DNA of 64,000 nt, taken from assembly GCA_001949185.1 (NCBI GenBank), contig BDGG01000001.1, forward strand, positions 6,051,591-6,115,590, given 5' to 3'. The DNA comes from Ramazzottius varieornatus (lineage: Eukaryota; Animalia; Tardigrada). Below are positions 12,630 through 25,509 of this stretch, piece by piece; positions within the stretch are counted from its first letter, which is position 1; each line of letters opens with the position of its first letter. The position numbers and the translations under genes are program-made. The notes beneath the pieces were generated by a model that was not told the origin of the DNA, ran no database searches, and saw nothing but the letters and a program-made list of their open reading frames with translations.

Positions 12630-14127
12630 TAGCTTACTTCCAAGATCACAGATACTGGATCAGGTGGTGGGAAACTAGTGCGGAAACATGGATCCTGGAA
12701 GTAGAAAACCATAGTGCGCACCGTTTATCACATGATCATTTCGCCATAGAGCGGATCATTGATTGAACTCAAACTGATCAAGGAAATCGAACAAAGAAAT
12801 TGCAGCGCGGATAATCAGCGGTCCTCCACAGCCAGTAGTCCCCTCGCGTCCAATGTCTTCCGATCTTCAATCTTGCCGCGCATGTCTCGTTTGAGATCCT
12901 TCTGAAATGTAATCTGTAAATCAAGTTCAGATGAACGCTCCTAAAATTAATGTACTGATGCTTGACCATCAAGCTTGGCCGTAATCTATTAATATCAAGT
13001 TTTCGGTGTCACTGCAACATTGAGCGCTCCGTAATAGATTCCAATTTAGATGGTCTGATTTATCATAAATCTGATAGCTCGAACTCGAAGACAGCATGTA
13101 ATCAAGGGCGGCAAGTGAGACCGGATCACGACCTGTTATACTAGAACCTTGCTCGGAGCATGGATCATAAAGGCCAAGTGTCACGTTTCTCGCAACTTCA
13201 TGATCCGGAAAGTAGGAAAGTGGGGGAAGTGGGAAAGGGCACTCGGGCTGTGACAGGTTCCAACGAGTTCCAGGAATCAAGTTCGGAAGAATGTACTCGT
13301 ACTACGAGCACAACGGAAGTTTCCGCCTAGTTTACTGCGTTGCTTCGTCGAATACAATGATATAGATGATAATTCGCCGAATTCAATGATAGTTCTCGAT
13401 TGGTTTTTAGGTCGAAGTCTATCTGATGAATAATATATACCGACGGCAAGCGAAGGAAGTCGCCTCTGTCATTTGCCTCTGCCGAACCCGAGCACCATCC
13501 AGGGACACGCCGTTAGGAACGGGTCCACCCTCCAACCGCAGCCCCAGAATATTTCTGCAGTAAAGCTGGTGTGGCGCCCCAATGCTGTAGATACTGCGAC
13601 GTTTCCCACGTGACTTCGAGGCGCCCACTTAGATCATTGTATGTTGTGTTCTTGGATTAAATGAGGCCGAGATAGCTGGTCGCCTACTTCATCACTCATT
13701 TCTCTTGGCAACTTCCCGCCATTTTGTTTTCAAACATAGTTTTAAGGAACGGCCAGTAGGGTTTTGCACTGTAATGTTTTCGTAATATATGATACTGTAA
13801 TATCGTCTGCAATGCTGAACCTGCACTATATGGGATTTCCAGCAGTGCCGCACTGATCGCGGTAGCCAATCATGGTCAAGTGCTGCCGCTAACACATTGT
13901 CTGTAATTTGTTACGGTGAACTCAGACGGCCAGTGATGACAAAGGAAACTGTCGGACTAACCTTTCTCGCCGGTTCATGTCTGATAATTATCGTGTCGGC
14001 ATAAAACTTCACCGAACCCCTGAAGTTTGAATACTATACCGGTAAGCATATCCATCCGACGATGATTCGCCTCATCATGCAGCAGTAAATAAAAGTCATA
14101 TCACGGTGACCGTTCGGGTTACCAGAA

Positions 14128-16649
14128 ACTACGTGGTCAGGGCTAGATATACCGTTGAATTTAAAACCGTGGCGTAATGAAATGTGGTTATATATTTCTT
14201 GTCACCATGCAGCAAACTTAAACGATTGGTGCGGTAAAAGGTGGAAAGACAGAGTGCCATGTGAGAAAAACGGGGCCACCTTCAAGTTTTCAACTTATCC
14301 AAAAACGAGCTGTACGGTAACGCTGGCTATACCCGATTGCACGGATGGCTCTTCGATTGAGACTCACGGCCTATTTTTCAACATCAGGTAAGGGCGTGAA
14401 GGTACTGAATCTATTGGCACATTAGTGTAGGAACGCAGATGACTTCATCGCTTTCCACCAAACTACAGGTCAATGAGGCTACAAAACAATGATACTTTGA
14501 AGCTGCATGAAAGCAACGAAGAATTGGAAACCGGCGCGTTGTTGCTGTCATTCACTTCGGCAACAGTAAGGTGCAAAGAGAATCCGCACTCCTGCGGCCA
14601 GTTTTTGGGGATTTTCACGGCGGTTAAGTATTACAAGATCATATTCGAAAGCTCCGGTGGGCAAACGAACGAAAAGAATGACCCAATAAGCCTAGACACA
14701 ACAAACGTCTACCGATCGAACGGTAAGAAATTCGTTTTGTCAGGCCGGTCTAAAATTCTTGCGGAACAAAGCCCATAAAGTTTCTGTACCACGATTCTAG
14801 TCCCCAAGGAGACCAAGAACGCGGAGGACAAATTCTTATGTCCTGCTTTGGAAGGACGAGTACAACGTCAAGCTATCTGCGAACCTGGAGACAGGGTGAA
14901 CTGCCCATTCGAGTACAAGCGCCCTCCTTCCCCGTCCGACACCACAGGAGTCCACAACCTGACGCAAGGCTACGCATGAAATCAGTGGCAGCACCACTGT
15001 GCAACTCCAACCTTGGCATTAACTACAACCTTGGCACCTGGACCCACTTCCATAGCGCCTATCGATTCAGGGTTCGGTTTCGGGCGTGGAAAGTATTTCG
15101 TTAACTATTCCACAGGTAAAACCAACAGCTGCACTGTACACGTTTGAATAAGAGGCCGCGTGCTTCGCCTCATCATCCATATTGTTTGCTTACTTGTCCC
15201 TGTGAAAGTCTGCCGCAGTGGAACAGAAATTTTCCAACATTACGGTTGGTTGTTTTAGTGTTTTTGGACCAGTACTGCGACAAAGAGTTGAGTCTGCCGT
15301 GTGAGCATAATTCCCCGTTGAGAGCAGGTACACTGCGCTTCCAGTACGCAAAACTGCCGCGACCCGGACTTCTTGATCCCAATTCGGGTAGAGGAACAGA
15401 GTGCAGTGTAATGGTGAAGGTCAATACCTCCGCTTGTAACGGCAGTACCGCCGAATACGGCATCTATTTGCACTTTAAGTATGTTTTGCACGGTGGTGAG
15501 CTGACTCTGGTACAAGTTTTTTCATTAGCCATGCCGGTATCACTTCGATATATTCTCATCTGTCGCAGGTCGGTGAAACTGACACCGTCAAAAAAGGACC
15601 CGAAGGAAGGAGATTCTTTTTACGTTGAATACCATATCAGTCCCGTCGCGAGGTTACGAAAATGGAATGTCGTTCGGATGTCCGAGAACCCTGACGCGTG
15701 CTCCAGGAAGGCGCCAACGTCGTGTGGGGTATACGTCAGCCCGAAATTTTCACAAGACCCGGAGCCATATGTCAAGCTCATCTACACTCCAGATGCAGAC
15801 GACGGAGTTCCCGGCTTTGCGGATCGCGTGCTTGTGGACTATATTGTTCTGACAAGTAAGCCATAATGCTGAACGCGATGGAAGTTTTGGCGTAGTCGGC
15901 CAATTGCTTTGTCAGTGACAAACTCGGTCACTGTGAAAGAGCAAGTTAATCTCGTAGAGGAGGCAGGGGAAGAAAATCTTGAAAGCATGTGCGATGGACT
16001 GAAGGGCTTCATGCCGAATCAACTCATGTGTGAAACTCATGTGTGACTCATAAACTGCCCTTCAGAGGATTCACGTGCTCTGAAGGAAACTTACAGGGTG
16101 GACGAACTCAACCAGGGAGTTCGCTGGCAGTCTTATAACGAGAAGTGTACGGCACTTGGATGGCCGAAAGCGAATATTTTCACCACGCCAGCGTCAAAAC
16201 CAGCCGGTGGGGGTAACCGGCCTGCGGAATCAGGTACGGATGCAGCGGTATTATAACTAATATTGACGTTCAATCTTCGTTTGATCGTTAACAAGCAAAG
16301 CGGTAGTATCGTAATTTATGGCGACCAAGCTTGGTGTTGGACCGTGCGCGGCGTGTTGAGCGACCACCGACTGGTGAGCGTGTGGGCTGCGCCAAATTAG
16401 CCGATCAAATGACTTATTGCGGTTAACGGAGACGAAGGGACCTCGACTGTGTCGCCGTCTACGGGTAGCGATGGCGGACTTTCGGGAGGCGTAATCGCGG
16501 GGATTGTGATTTGAGGCATCCTCCTCTTAGCGGCAGCGGGCGGAGGTGGCTGGTGGTACTGGAACCGTTACCGAAAGAAGGAGCTGCCTCTGGCCTACAC
16601 AGCGGGCATCGGCAAAACTTCAGGAACCAGAAAGCCATCAGGCACATGA
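14128..16649 (+). pseudogene. Type I membrane protein with two (CUB-like + LDLa-like) modules, S/T stalk and TM; three in-frame TGA
   Basis: Repeated module LNDWC...CTVTL...GLFFNIR and LDQYC...CSVMV...GIYLHFK. Cys motifs FLCPALEGRVQRQAICEPGDRVNCP and MCDGLKGFMPNQLMC...INCP. TM GLSGGVIAGIVI*GILLLAAAGGGGWWYWNRYRKK. TGA at 14977, 16044 and 16512. Domain names are inferred from Cys spacing. Confidence 0.6.
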
Positions 16650-17760
16650 CGCGACCCGAAACATCGACTTTTTCAAACTATTGCAGACGGCAAAACCTGC
16701 ATTTCTGTTTTCATTGATCATATTCTGGAAAGCAGTAGCTTGCTTCATTTGCTTCTCGATATTTGTGACCGATCTAAAGCTTATCGCTTCTGGCGGCTAA
16801 TTTGGCAGTTTATCAGTACAATATCAAAATAAGTTTCAGTGCAGAGTGGGAGTTTACCGACGCTTGTCTTACAGGTAACCCTGTCGACGCAGACGGTTAC
16901 TTGACAGATGACACGACGGTTGCATGCTTTAAGATCGCTACCCTCCTTTTACTATATTCCATAACGTCATGTGCTTTTGATGCCATGCTTGGAACAGAAT
17001 TTCTGCTGTATTAGTAGCTGCTTTTCGGCTTAGTCGGTGGCGATGGGTTCACCTAGAAAATAGCCTATTCGTTCATCTATCGCCCTTTTTGACGGTTGTA
17101 CCTCTTCAACCTGCCGGATCAACCTGTACTTGCCCACATGTGATTAAAGCTGAATCCCGACTGGGATTAACGTCATCAGAAATATTATCGGAACGTGTCC
17201 CCGCTAATTCAGTCATAATGCGGTGCTACAACGTTCGCAGTTTACTATAGCTCGGATATTATCTCAGACTCACTGTTTCCGGACCGCATTTAGTTCGTAA
17301 TCTCAACGAAGTGAAGAAGAGTCGGGTTGCACATAATTGGAGGAATCAACAAGCTTCAGTGCTGCGTTCGGGGGTCATGTCTCACACATCTTTCGAGCAG
17401 AACGTTGACCGATCGTCTGTCTAATCCTTCAACGCCAAACCGGATTGACAAGAGTATCGAAGTGACTCTCGCGTATGATGTAGCCTAATTACGGAAATCT
17501 TTCCCGTAATTAAACATGTTCCCCGAATGACAACACGAGGCCCTCTGCGCCAGTTAATTGCCAGAGTGGTATCAAATTATGTCATTACGTGATTATTCTG
17601 CCGTTATAAGCTGGCCTGGCCTTGGTGGGCTGATAAACGCGACAGCGCGCTGGCTTTTGCGCTCTAGGGTTAAGATCGCAGCGGCTTGCGACTTGTGCTC
17701 TTCGCAGCGTTCGTCACTGGAAATTCTAGCTTGGCTTCATGTCCATACTGAAACTGAACG

Positions 17761-18953
17761 ATGAACTGCTCAAACTGCAACACGACTTTTCCCGGGTGGG
17801 GACTGACTCCCCCTAATTTAACCGCTCCCGGTCAGAGTCTTTCACGATTTTCGGTACAGGTGTGGGCGGCGGCCACCAGTATACTATCGCTCAGTGGTGC
17901 ATCGACCACAGGTGTGGTGTTCTCTGTGGTCTGGAAAGTGAACACGGGCTCGAAGTGGCTGATCCTCAACTATCTTTTGCTGCATTTCGTCACATCAGCC
18001 ATTAATGTACCGGTCAATGTCTACATGACCGCACTGAAGAACATCATGGATCGCACTCCACCGCATATTTGTCCACCATTCCAGTTTCTCTACTTCTCCA
18101 CAGAGAGTGCCATCGACTGGGCAAACCTTTGTCTAACTGTCCACAGAATCTTTGCTGTCCGCTGTCCTACAAAGTACCCATCTCTGACTCGACGGCCAGT
18201 TGTTCTTTCCATGATTGGATTCGTGTGGATCGCTGCAACCTGTCCCAATATTCCCGCTCTGTTCCATATTGGGGGTTACTACTCAGTGACTCCTGCTGGT
18301 CGCTGCGGTTTGAAGCAGACCAACCAGGCGGTGATGGTTCCTTTGTACACCAATGCCACTCTGTTGCCTTTTGTACTGTCGGTCATGTCAGCGTTTTATC
18401 TGTCTTTCGTTCTCGTCAGAATGCGGCTGACCACTCACCAACGAATACAACCCAACCCACTCGTCGGTACGTTGCATGTTTTATGCGAGGCAATTCTTCG
18501 GCTTCAAGGTTCAAAAGTTTCACCGCAGTTCGCGTGATGTCTCGTTTTCTCCGTATACTAGGAGTGCGGCGAGGAGTGAAACTAAAATGGGCTCTGCTGA
18601 CAGCCGTCTTGATAGACGCATTATGCATAAAAAGCTGGAGCGTCATTGGACTATACTTTCCCATGGTCTTCGTACGGCAGCCTTTGCTTTCCCTGCTGAC
18701 GAGGACTTCAGTGGTGTTAGCTGCGACACTTGCTCCGGTGGGTGGACCGTATACCTCGTTAGTGCAACGTTGCAAACAAATTTCTAACCCTAATTTTTAT
18801 CGATTTGCCCTGACCATTTTCCAGATTATGATCTGCGTGATGAATGGGGACTACCGACGTCGGCTAATGCGCTTTGCATCCGCACTCAGAGGGAATAAGA
18901 GCGTCATTAGCTCAAATAAACCAAGGATCGCCAGTCCAAGCTCACTTCCTTAA
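17761..18953 (+). CDS. Class A (rhodopsin-like) orphan GPCR
   Basis: Exons 17761-18466, 18529-18737, 18825-18953 (GT-AG, frame-preserving). N-terminal sequons; seven hydrophobic segments; TM3 C...LTVHRIFAVRCP; TM4 W; ECL2 Cys; helix 8 NGDYRRRL. Confidence 0.8.
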
Positions 18954-20067
18954 CCACCTTTCACGGCCCTGTGGTCACTGAAAGACACTAACTTACTCTA
19001 CTCGTACAGACTTTGCCAATAGCACATGTGAGAGACCCATCTATTTTTCATATCCGGCAAGCTACCTTTCAAGGAACGCACTTTCGTTTGAAACGGGAAG
19101 TTATCGGTGGTCGCATCTTGCACTTTCTGCTTATACGCCACAACCGTTGAGTAATCTCCCATCAAGCCGGTGGGCGAAACCTGGTCCTTGCGAGGGAACA
19201 CATGCCTTACTGCTGGCTACCGACGAGTTCGCACTTTAAGCGGCAGGATTGTACAGTACATCACCGCTGAACAAGATCCGCCTGAAGCTGACGACCCCGT
19301 GAGATGGTTGCAGGCCTCTCGACCTATCGATGTGGGTCGGTACTACTTCAGTTAATTTTCCGCTTTCCAAGCGAATTAACACATGATATGGGCACAAGAC
19401 TTCGGTAACCCAGTCGTGGACTGGCATGAGCAGATCGAGAAAGTCCGCATCGCATCCTCGATTTCGAACTTAATTCCGCCGTTCATTAGTCTCAAATTAT
19501 CCGGTTGAGGTTGCGGCCCCGAGCCGCTACTCCCGTACGCAATGCCGCACTTTTCACGAGCTTCACACCTGCGTACTAACTTAGGCAACTGTCCGAGAAG
19601 AAAATCGCGTAAAACGATCCCAACATGCATGATGAACGCCATACCAACAGGCAACGAAAGCGATATGTTACTTCCTGCCGTGGCCGGCTTTCGTCGCCTT
19701 TAGCCTGTACACTCATTAGAGACGTCTTTGCCTCCTTATGGGAACGAGATTTGGTCATCCATAGCGATGTCTGGAACCAAACTAGTTTTCGACTGTATAT
19801 TGTTGACCTCCAACAAGTACAAGGTAACAGTATGCCAGCGGAATACCACTCCATACCGTGCCATTATGTAGTGCTGCAGCCCCCTACCTCATCCGTCCGT
19901 CTTGGAATCTCATCCCGTTCGTGAAAGAAAGAGCGGTCGTTCACTACAGTTCAATCAGCGGACACGTTTTCATGCGTTTCTTTTCATCATTTTTCTCGGT
20001 AATTGCAGCAGACTAGTGAGACTTGCGCACTTCGTTCCGCATGATATGACCTAGGATTTCAAAGGTG

Positions 20068-20202
20068 CTGTAATGCTTCGTGAAACTCACGCGGTACGTC
20101 AGCATACTTGAACCCCCGTCAGAAAATCATACCTCACCAACGCCCTAAGGGATGCTGCGCGAGTATAAAGACGTAGCGCGTGAGATCCATGAAGCATTAC
20201 AG
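20068..20202. mobile_element. CTGTAATGCTTC MITE (diverged copy)
   Basis: CTGTAATGCTTCGTG...CATGAAGCATTACAG followed by TA. Confidence 0.75.
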
Positions 20203-20883
20203 TACTATGATAAATCCTAATGCAATTCTAATGCGGGTTCCACATGCGCGAAATCGTCAGCCATTCCGTATAAGGTCAAACGCGCCGAAGCAGCATCAGT
20301 CACCGGTGTAATGTCCTTTACTGTATGGTCTGGATAGTCCACAGTGGTTCTCTATGGCTGGTTATCAGCTGAGGTCTGTTACAGCAAAGTTGGCGGTGTT
20401 TCGCAAAATAACTTCATCTCCTTCTTACTGCTTCATCTAACTACGTACTTGGTTTTAACCGATAGCACGTTCAATTTGACACCTGAGAACACTATAGATA
20501 AGCACAGGAACGCGCTCAGCGATTTCTTATATCGTGGAAACAAAGTCGTACTTCGCAAGAACTGGGGTCGTGCCCCTTCTTTGCATCCACCTCGCATGCA
20601 TGAAAAACTTAACTGCATATTACCTCTTTTGTTATTGTTTGGACAACATGACATCAAAACGTTAACTAAACCATGCTTCAACGCATTGGCATCTTTTCTA
20701 GACACTGAGGATTCACATCTTGGTACAACAGCTGAAGAGATGATAGCGTCACTAAAACGCTTCCGAGGACTATTCAAATGGCGACTCTTCGACGCACAGT
20801 GGAATTTATCCCACATAGCTGATATCGAAAAAAAGGTCAAAACCTACAGCATAACTGTATGCAGACACCTTCCGAAAACAGTA

Positions 20884-21025
20884 CTGTAATGCTTCATGAA
20901 CTTCGCGAAACACGTCATCGCACGCGTACAGTTGAACCCCGGTCCGAAAATTTTGCCGTACCAACACCCTCAGGGATGTTTCACGCGTATGATGACGTGT
21001 TTCGCGAAGTCATGAAGCATTACAG
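20884..21025. mobile_element. 142-bp TA-flanked MITE (Tc1/mariner-type)
   Basis: ~36-bp TIR CTGTAATGCTTCATGAACTTCGCGAAACACGTCATC and its reverse complement; TA on both sides. Confidence 0.88.
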
Positions 21026-22676
21026 TAAAACAAACGATTACAGCTGAGTGCAACGTGGACTGACTCGGCCATCGTGACGGCTGGTTCGGCGATTTTTGGA
21101 GCTTTGGGAAGAAACATTTCCAGTAACGTCAGGACTTCTAACCTGCTACGTACTGCAAAGTTCACATAGCACACGTAACGTTCGATCTATTTTGAAAATT
21201 TTCTGGGATTCTGCGCACTACGGGCTTGAAGATAACGCTTTTTTGAAAGAGAAAATATACCGGGAACATGGGAACATCGGCAGTTTTGAGTCCGTCTTTC
21301 CAGCAGTACCACTCGAAACATCTTTTTCTTACTTTGGATAGATAAACCAAAATTTTTTGAATAGGAATAAACCAAAAACAGATTGGTGTGACAACTTCAG
21401 ATGTCCTAGTTGTCTCACAGTTGTCCTAGTTCTTGATCTAGAACTAATCGTTCAGGACATGGATTAGCTTCATTGAACTTTTGGATCCGCTTCCCGTCCT
21501 GGCCTTCAAAGTCATCGATCGGTGTCGACTTTCAAAATTCGTCTGGATCAAGTCGTCGTTTTTGGAACATACCACCACTTTTGCAAAGACAGTTTCTTGA
21601 ATGGTCAGGTCTTGTTCCAAAAATGTTGATGGTTCCACCGAATATCTCCGTGAATCCTCTGTTGAAATCTGTTTTGGATTTTGTCCGATAACGTGCGCTG
21701 CCATTGTTTTCCGGGTGGAGATCTGGGCAAAGTTTTAGAAATCTGCTCTTGCATTTTGCGAGCTGCATTAGTTCGATCGCAAAGCAACCCCAGGCGAAGG
21801 TATTTCATTAAGGTGTGATTATTGTCACCGCCCGAACCGCGCAAAAAGCTATTAACACCGCCTTCTCTCTGAATTTGAGTAATCAATTCCACACCGCCTT
21901 CGATCAACCGTCCCCGGATTTTATTGTCGTTTTGGGGATTCGACAAGGAGGAGGAACGCAAAATGCAGCAACACAGAAACATTAGATCAGCCAAATCTCA
22001 GAGTTCCTGAGCTTTGGATCGGCCTTTCCGGCCATGAGTTGGCCGGTTAGGGATGCTACCGTGACTGTTGCTGATGCTATAGACTGGTCCCCCGTAATAA
22101 CTATTCCTGCTTTTCTGTTAGTAAGTCCGTTTCTTCCTCTTTTACCAGGGAATGAACTACACTTCTCGCTCTCCATTAAGGTGTGTTGCGGCTGAGCCTC
22201 ATCATCGCAGAATATGGTGTTCGCGGACGACTCGCCTCGCAAAAGCTCGGTCATGTACGAGTAGTTACCACTGCGCCATTCAGGCCTGTCGAATGGCGCA
22301 GTGGTATTACGTCCTTTGTCGTCTTTCATGACAATGGACTGATGTGTGGCAGTGCACGTAATCAACCTCAGAAGTTTAGGTTGCCAAAGTCATTGCATGG
22401 ACACAAACCTGAAAGTCTGTTGCACTCGGAGGAGACATAAAAATACCCTTCGAGACATGAAATCTTTCGATTGTCATGCACTAGCGCATCTCTAAAACTT
22501 CCCGCCACAAATAAATATAGAAAATTTAAATGTTTTATCATTGACAACGTGCTTTGCTTTTAGAACTCCCCAACGATTTAATGTTCTCCGATCGATCGCC
22601 GCCATGGATCTCCCAACATACTTCTCCTTGCCTTCGATTCTGAATTTGTGGCTGCTGTCGGAGGTCCATGAGAACA

Positions 22677-22796
22677 AAGAATATTGTGAATGAGAACAAG
22701 AATATTGTGGAAAGAATATTGTGAATGAGAACAAGAATATTGTGGAAAGAATATTGTGAATGAGAACAAGAATATTGTGAAAAGAATATTGTGAAT
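22677..22796. repeat. 35-bp minisatellite (21+14 subunits), ~3.4 copies
   Basis: GAATATTGTG starts at 22679, 22700, 22714, 22735, 22749, 22770 and 22784. Confidence 0.95.
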
Positions 22797-22855
22797 GGTC
22801 CATGAGAACAAAGATCATACGTTTCCATTTTCCAGTTTTGACAGGCTTACTTAGA

Positions 22856-23061
22856 CTGTAAATATTCGATGCTATCGCGCAGCACTAGCGTAAATGTAGC
22901 TCGACCTACGGTAGCTCAGCTTGACTCGACTGGCCACGCAAGTCATTGCACACGTGAAGTACTGTACAGCCCCGGTCCGACCTCACTGCCTGCACAACCC
23001 CCTCCGGGAGTGCTTCATCACGTACGTGTACGTATTGCACGATAGCATCGAATACTTACAG
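22856..23061. mobile_element. MITE related to the CTGTA family
   Basis: CTGTAAATATTCGATGCTATCG...CGATAGCATCGAATACTTACAG; internal CCCCGGTCCGA shared with the 20884 copy. Confidence 0.7.
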
Positions 23062-24208
23062 TACGAGGAGCAAGGTCTTACTTTGCTCAGCGTACAGCTT
23101 TGCTTATGTACGTCACGTGTAGGTCACAAAGCCTAACGAGGGGATTTCGCTATCGCTCCAGTCTTGTTTCACAAACTGAAACGGCAGGAAGGTAGAGGAG
23201 AGTTTTCTTTATCGACTAGGAAAGACTAGGCTGGCAGAAAAAATCCCGGAATACACAGCAAGAAGCGGAAGTGACGTCAGAATCTGGGCGGAACATGGGT
23301 ATCAGCACAGTTCACTTCAGCATCAGTCAAGTGGTTTGAATGTCTGCAGGTTGATTCGCTATTTGATTGATCTGTAACACTATAATATAAGTCAAAAATC
23401 AGCTGATCATTACAATTTTGACTGTTTTGTCAAACTTCGCCCTTTTTCTCGTCAGCGCTCCTCCAGTCATCGCAGACATGGATTCTTGTGTGGACCTTAT
23501 CACTAAGTCTACCGCACCTTTGATAAGTTCCTTCAGCAGCTTGCCCTGGTCACTTGGAAAGTCGTTCGGTTGAAAAGCCTCTTTACAGTCCATCCCAAAG
23601 CTTCAGGATGTTCAAGGGGTTGTTTCAGGATTTTTCTGCCAGCCTAGTCTATCCCAGTCGACAGAGAAAACTCTGCTCTACCTTCTTGTCGTTTCAGTTT
23701 GGGAAACAAGACTGAAGCGATGCCAAAATCTCCTCATAAGAATATAACCGATCGGCGTACAGCATTTCTGTCTCTTTCGTTCCGCCGTTGCCTCTGTTGT
23801 GGTTGTATCAAGCCAGCGTTGTACGACGGCGTACGTTTCTGTGCCGACAAGCACGGCGCACAGACAACGTTGCCAACAATTTAGGCAAGTGACACTGAGA
23901 GAAAGATCTCGGAAGAACTTGCCAGACGGCCGTGTGGGTTAGCAGTTTGCAACAGTATGGAAAGCTCTTCCGCGCATCAGTCCAAACATTGCGAGCACGT
24001 ATCAGTCAGAGCGATCAAACGATTGCATACGAGCTCTTCTACGTCACCCTACACAGGCATCAGGCGTGCTTATACGTCACGTTTTGAACAGCCAGTCAAA
24101 AACTGAGCCTAAAACAAGCGTCTATACCTAAGAAGCCTGCACATGGCTCGTGACGTATGGTGAGCAAAGTTGTACGCTGAGCAAAGTAAGAGCTTGCTCC
24201 TCGCACTG
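23059..24208. mobile_element. Non-autonomous Tc1-like element with ~60-bp TIRs
   Basis: CAGTACGAGGAGCAAGGTCTTACTTTGCTCAGCGTACA... matches the reverse complement of 24150-24208; TA on both flanks. Confidence 0.8.
23133..23740. mobile_element. Non-autonomous element with ~115-bp TIRs, nested in the previous element
   Basis: 23133-23250 is an imperfect inverted repeat of 23622-23740. Confidence 0.8.
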
Positions 24209-24919
24209 TATGTGATTTCGCTGTACTTTCAGCACGAGGCCGAAGAGGAGAATTACGAACACGTGGCGGTGGTTTTGTTGGAAGATGTCGGTGAGGAGGC
24301 GTTGGTAAGGGTAGGAGTAAATACATTCGACGACAAGGATTCGGACCCATTCCAAGCCCAAGTGCTCCAACCATGTCGGCCACCCACATGGGATAGAGAA
24401 AAACCAGGTCTCGGGACAAGGATCAAGAAGTACAGGAGATACTTTTGGGTCAACGGATTAGAATGGACTTGCAAAACTCTGACAATAAAACGTCACCGAG
24501 AAATCTGAGACTTAGTAGTTTGCGCTGTGTGACTGCGGCGGATAGAGTTCGCGGACAGGCCGTATGTGCGGTCCAAGAAACGTACGAGCACAGAATGAAA
24601 TCCATCGCTAAGGTGATGGCGGCAAAAAACGCACTTTTACAGTTTTCCCTATCGCTTTCGGTTCGGCTTCACGAGCGTATAGAGAGTCATCGAAGGTGGC
24701 ACGATTTTTGTCGCTCGTTGCCTGCAAACACCTCGAACAGTATCAATATTTTTTGAGGAAGGCTCCGCACACATCCTTTCACCACCATAGTCTCCTAATA
24801 CCACCTTTCAATTCCAAATCATCACCACCGTTAACTTCGTTCACCACTTTTTAACTAAGGGCCACCACCAACGACTTCGAGCACCACTTTTTACCAGATT
24901 GGCTTCTATTGCTGAGTCT

Positions 24920-25509
24920 CAGAGAAGACAGTTCACGCTTCTACCATGATACAGGTGGCAAGAAGTGTTTACCAGCAGCAGGATCTTTAGATCGTGAGTT
25001 CTTCCTGATCTCTGAACTTGCCAGAACACCGCTAACTCTTTCGTAATAGAAGCCGGGCTTTGATATCCTGCTCTGGTACCAGGTCTCCCCCGACAGCGCG
25101 ACAGATTCTCGATCATTTTATAATTAAAACGATCCAAGAGCCACTTCCGCATTTCTTTGCTTGAGAAAGACCAAATGTCTTGAAAATAGCTACGAGGTAA
25201 AGGACATGGAGTTTTCCAGTGGAAACTTCGGACATGGAAATTTCCAAACTGCGGTGTAGGGTGGCACCACAGTATCTGACTGTTTTGTCAAGTGACGTCT
25301 TATAGACTGGAATGTGCAACCGCAGCTAAGATCTGTGGTACGGTAACGAATAGTCGGTGCAATGTAAACAATCTAACAAACTTCTTCGCGGCAGCATGCT
25401 GGCTGATTCCTTCTTCCTTCGTAGCCTTGATGGCAGTTTCCAACATCAGCTCCTTATGAACCTAAGCAGCGGTTTTGAGCTTACTTTGATCCTTACTTGT
25501 CGTAGCCAT
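24920..25509 (-). pseudogene. Degenerate pogo-like (HTH-psq/CENP-B) transposase remnant
   Basis: ELMLETAIKATKEEGISQHAAAKKF (psq-type HTH, preceded by an in-frame TAG) and WLLDRFNYKM-ENLSR. Confidence 0.45.

Noticed and set aside
14977-16514. TGA recoding (Sec/Trp/Gly readthrough) suggested by repeated in-frame TGA here and in the hAT
   Set aside because: Intact genes in this window (TMEM121, OPA3) terminate at TGA, the implied residues differ (Gly, Trp), and no SECIS was identified. Ordinary nonsense decay is simpler.
21444-21994. Possible NACHT/P-loop remnant (LKARTGSGSKSS) and neighbouring ORFs at 20344-21341
   Set aside because: The motif is not a valid Walker A and no supporting domain context is recognisable. 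It may be decayed coding DNA but cannot be assigned.
22677-22796. CRISPR-like regular repeat and the overlapping repetitive ORFs
   Set aside because: The intervening sequences are identical rather than unique spacers, there are no cas genes, and the context is eukaryotic. The ORFs are by-products of the repeat.
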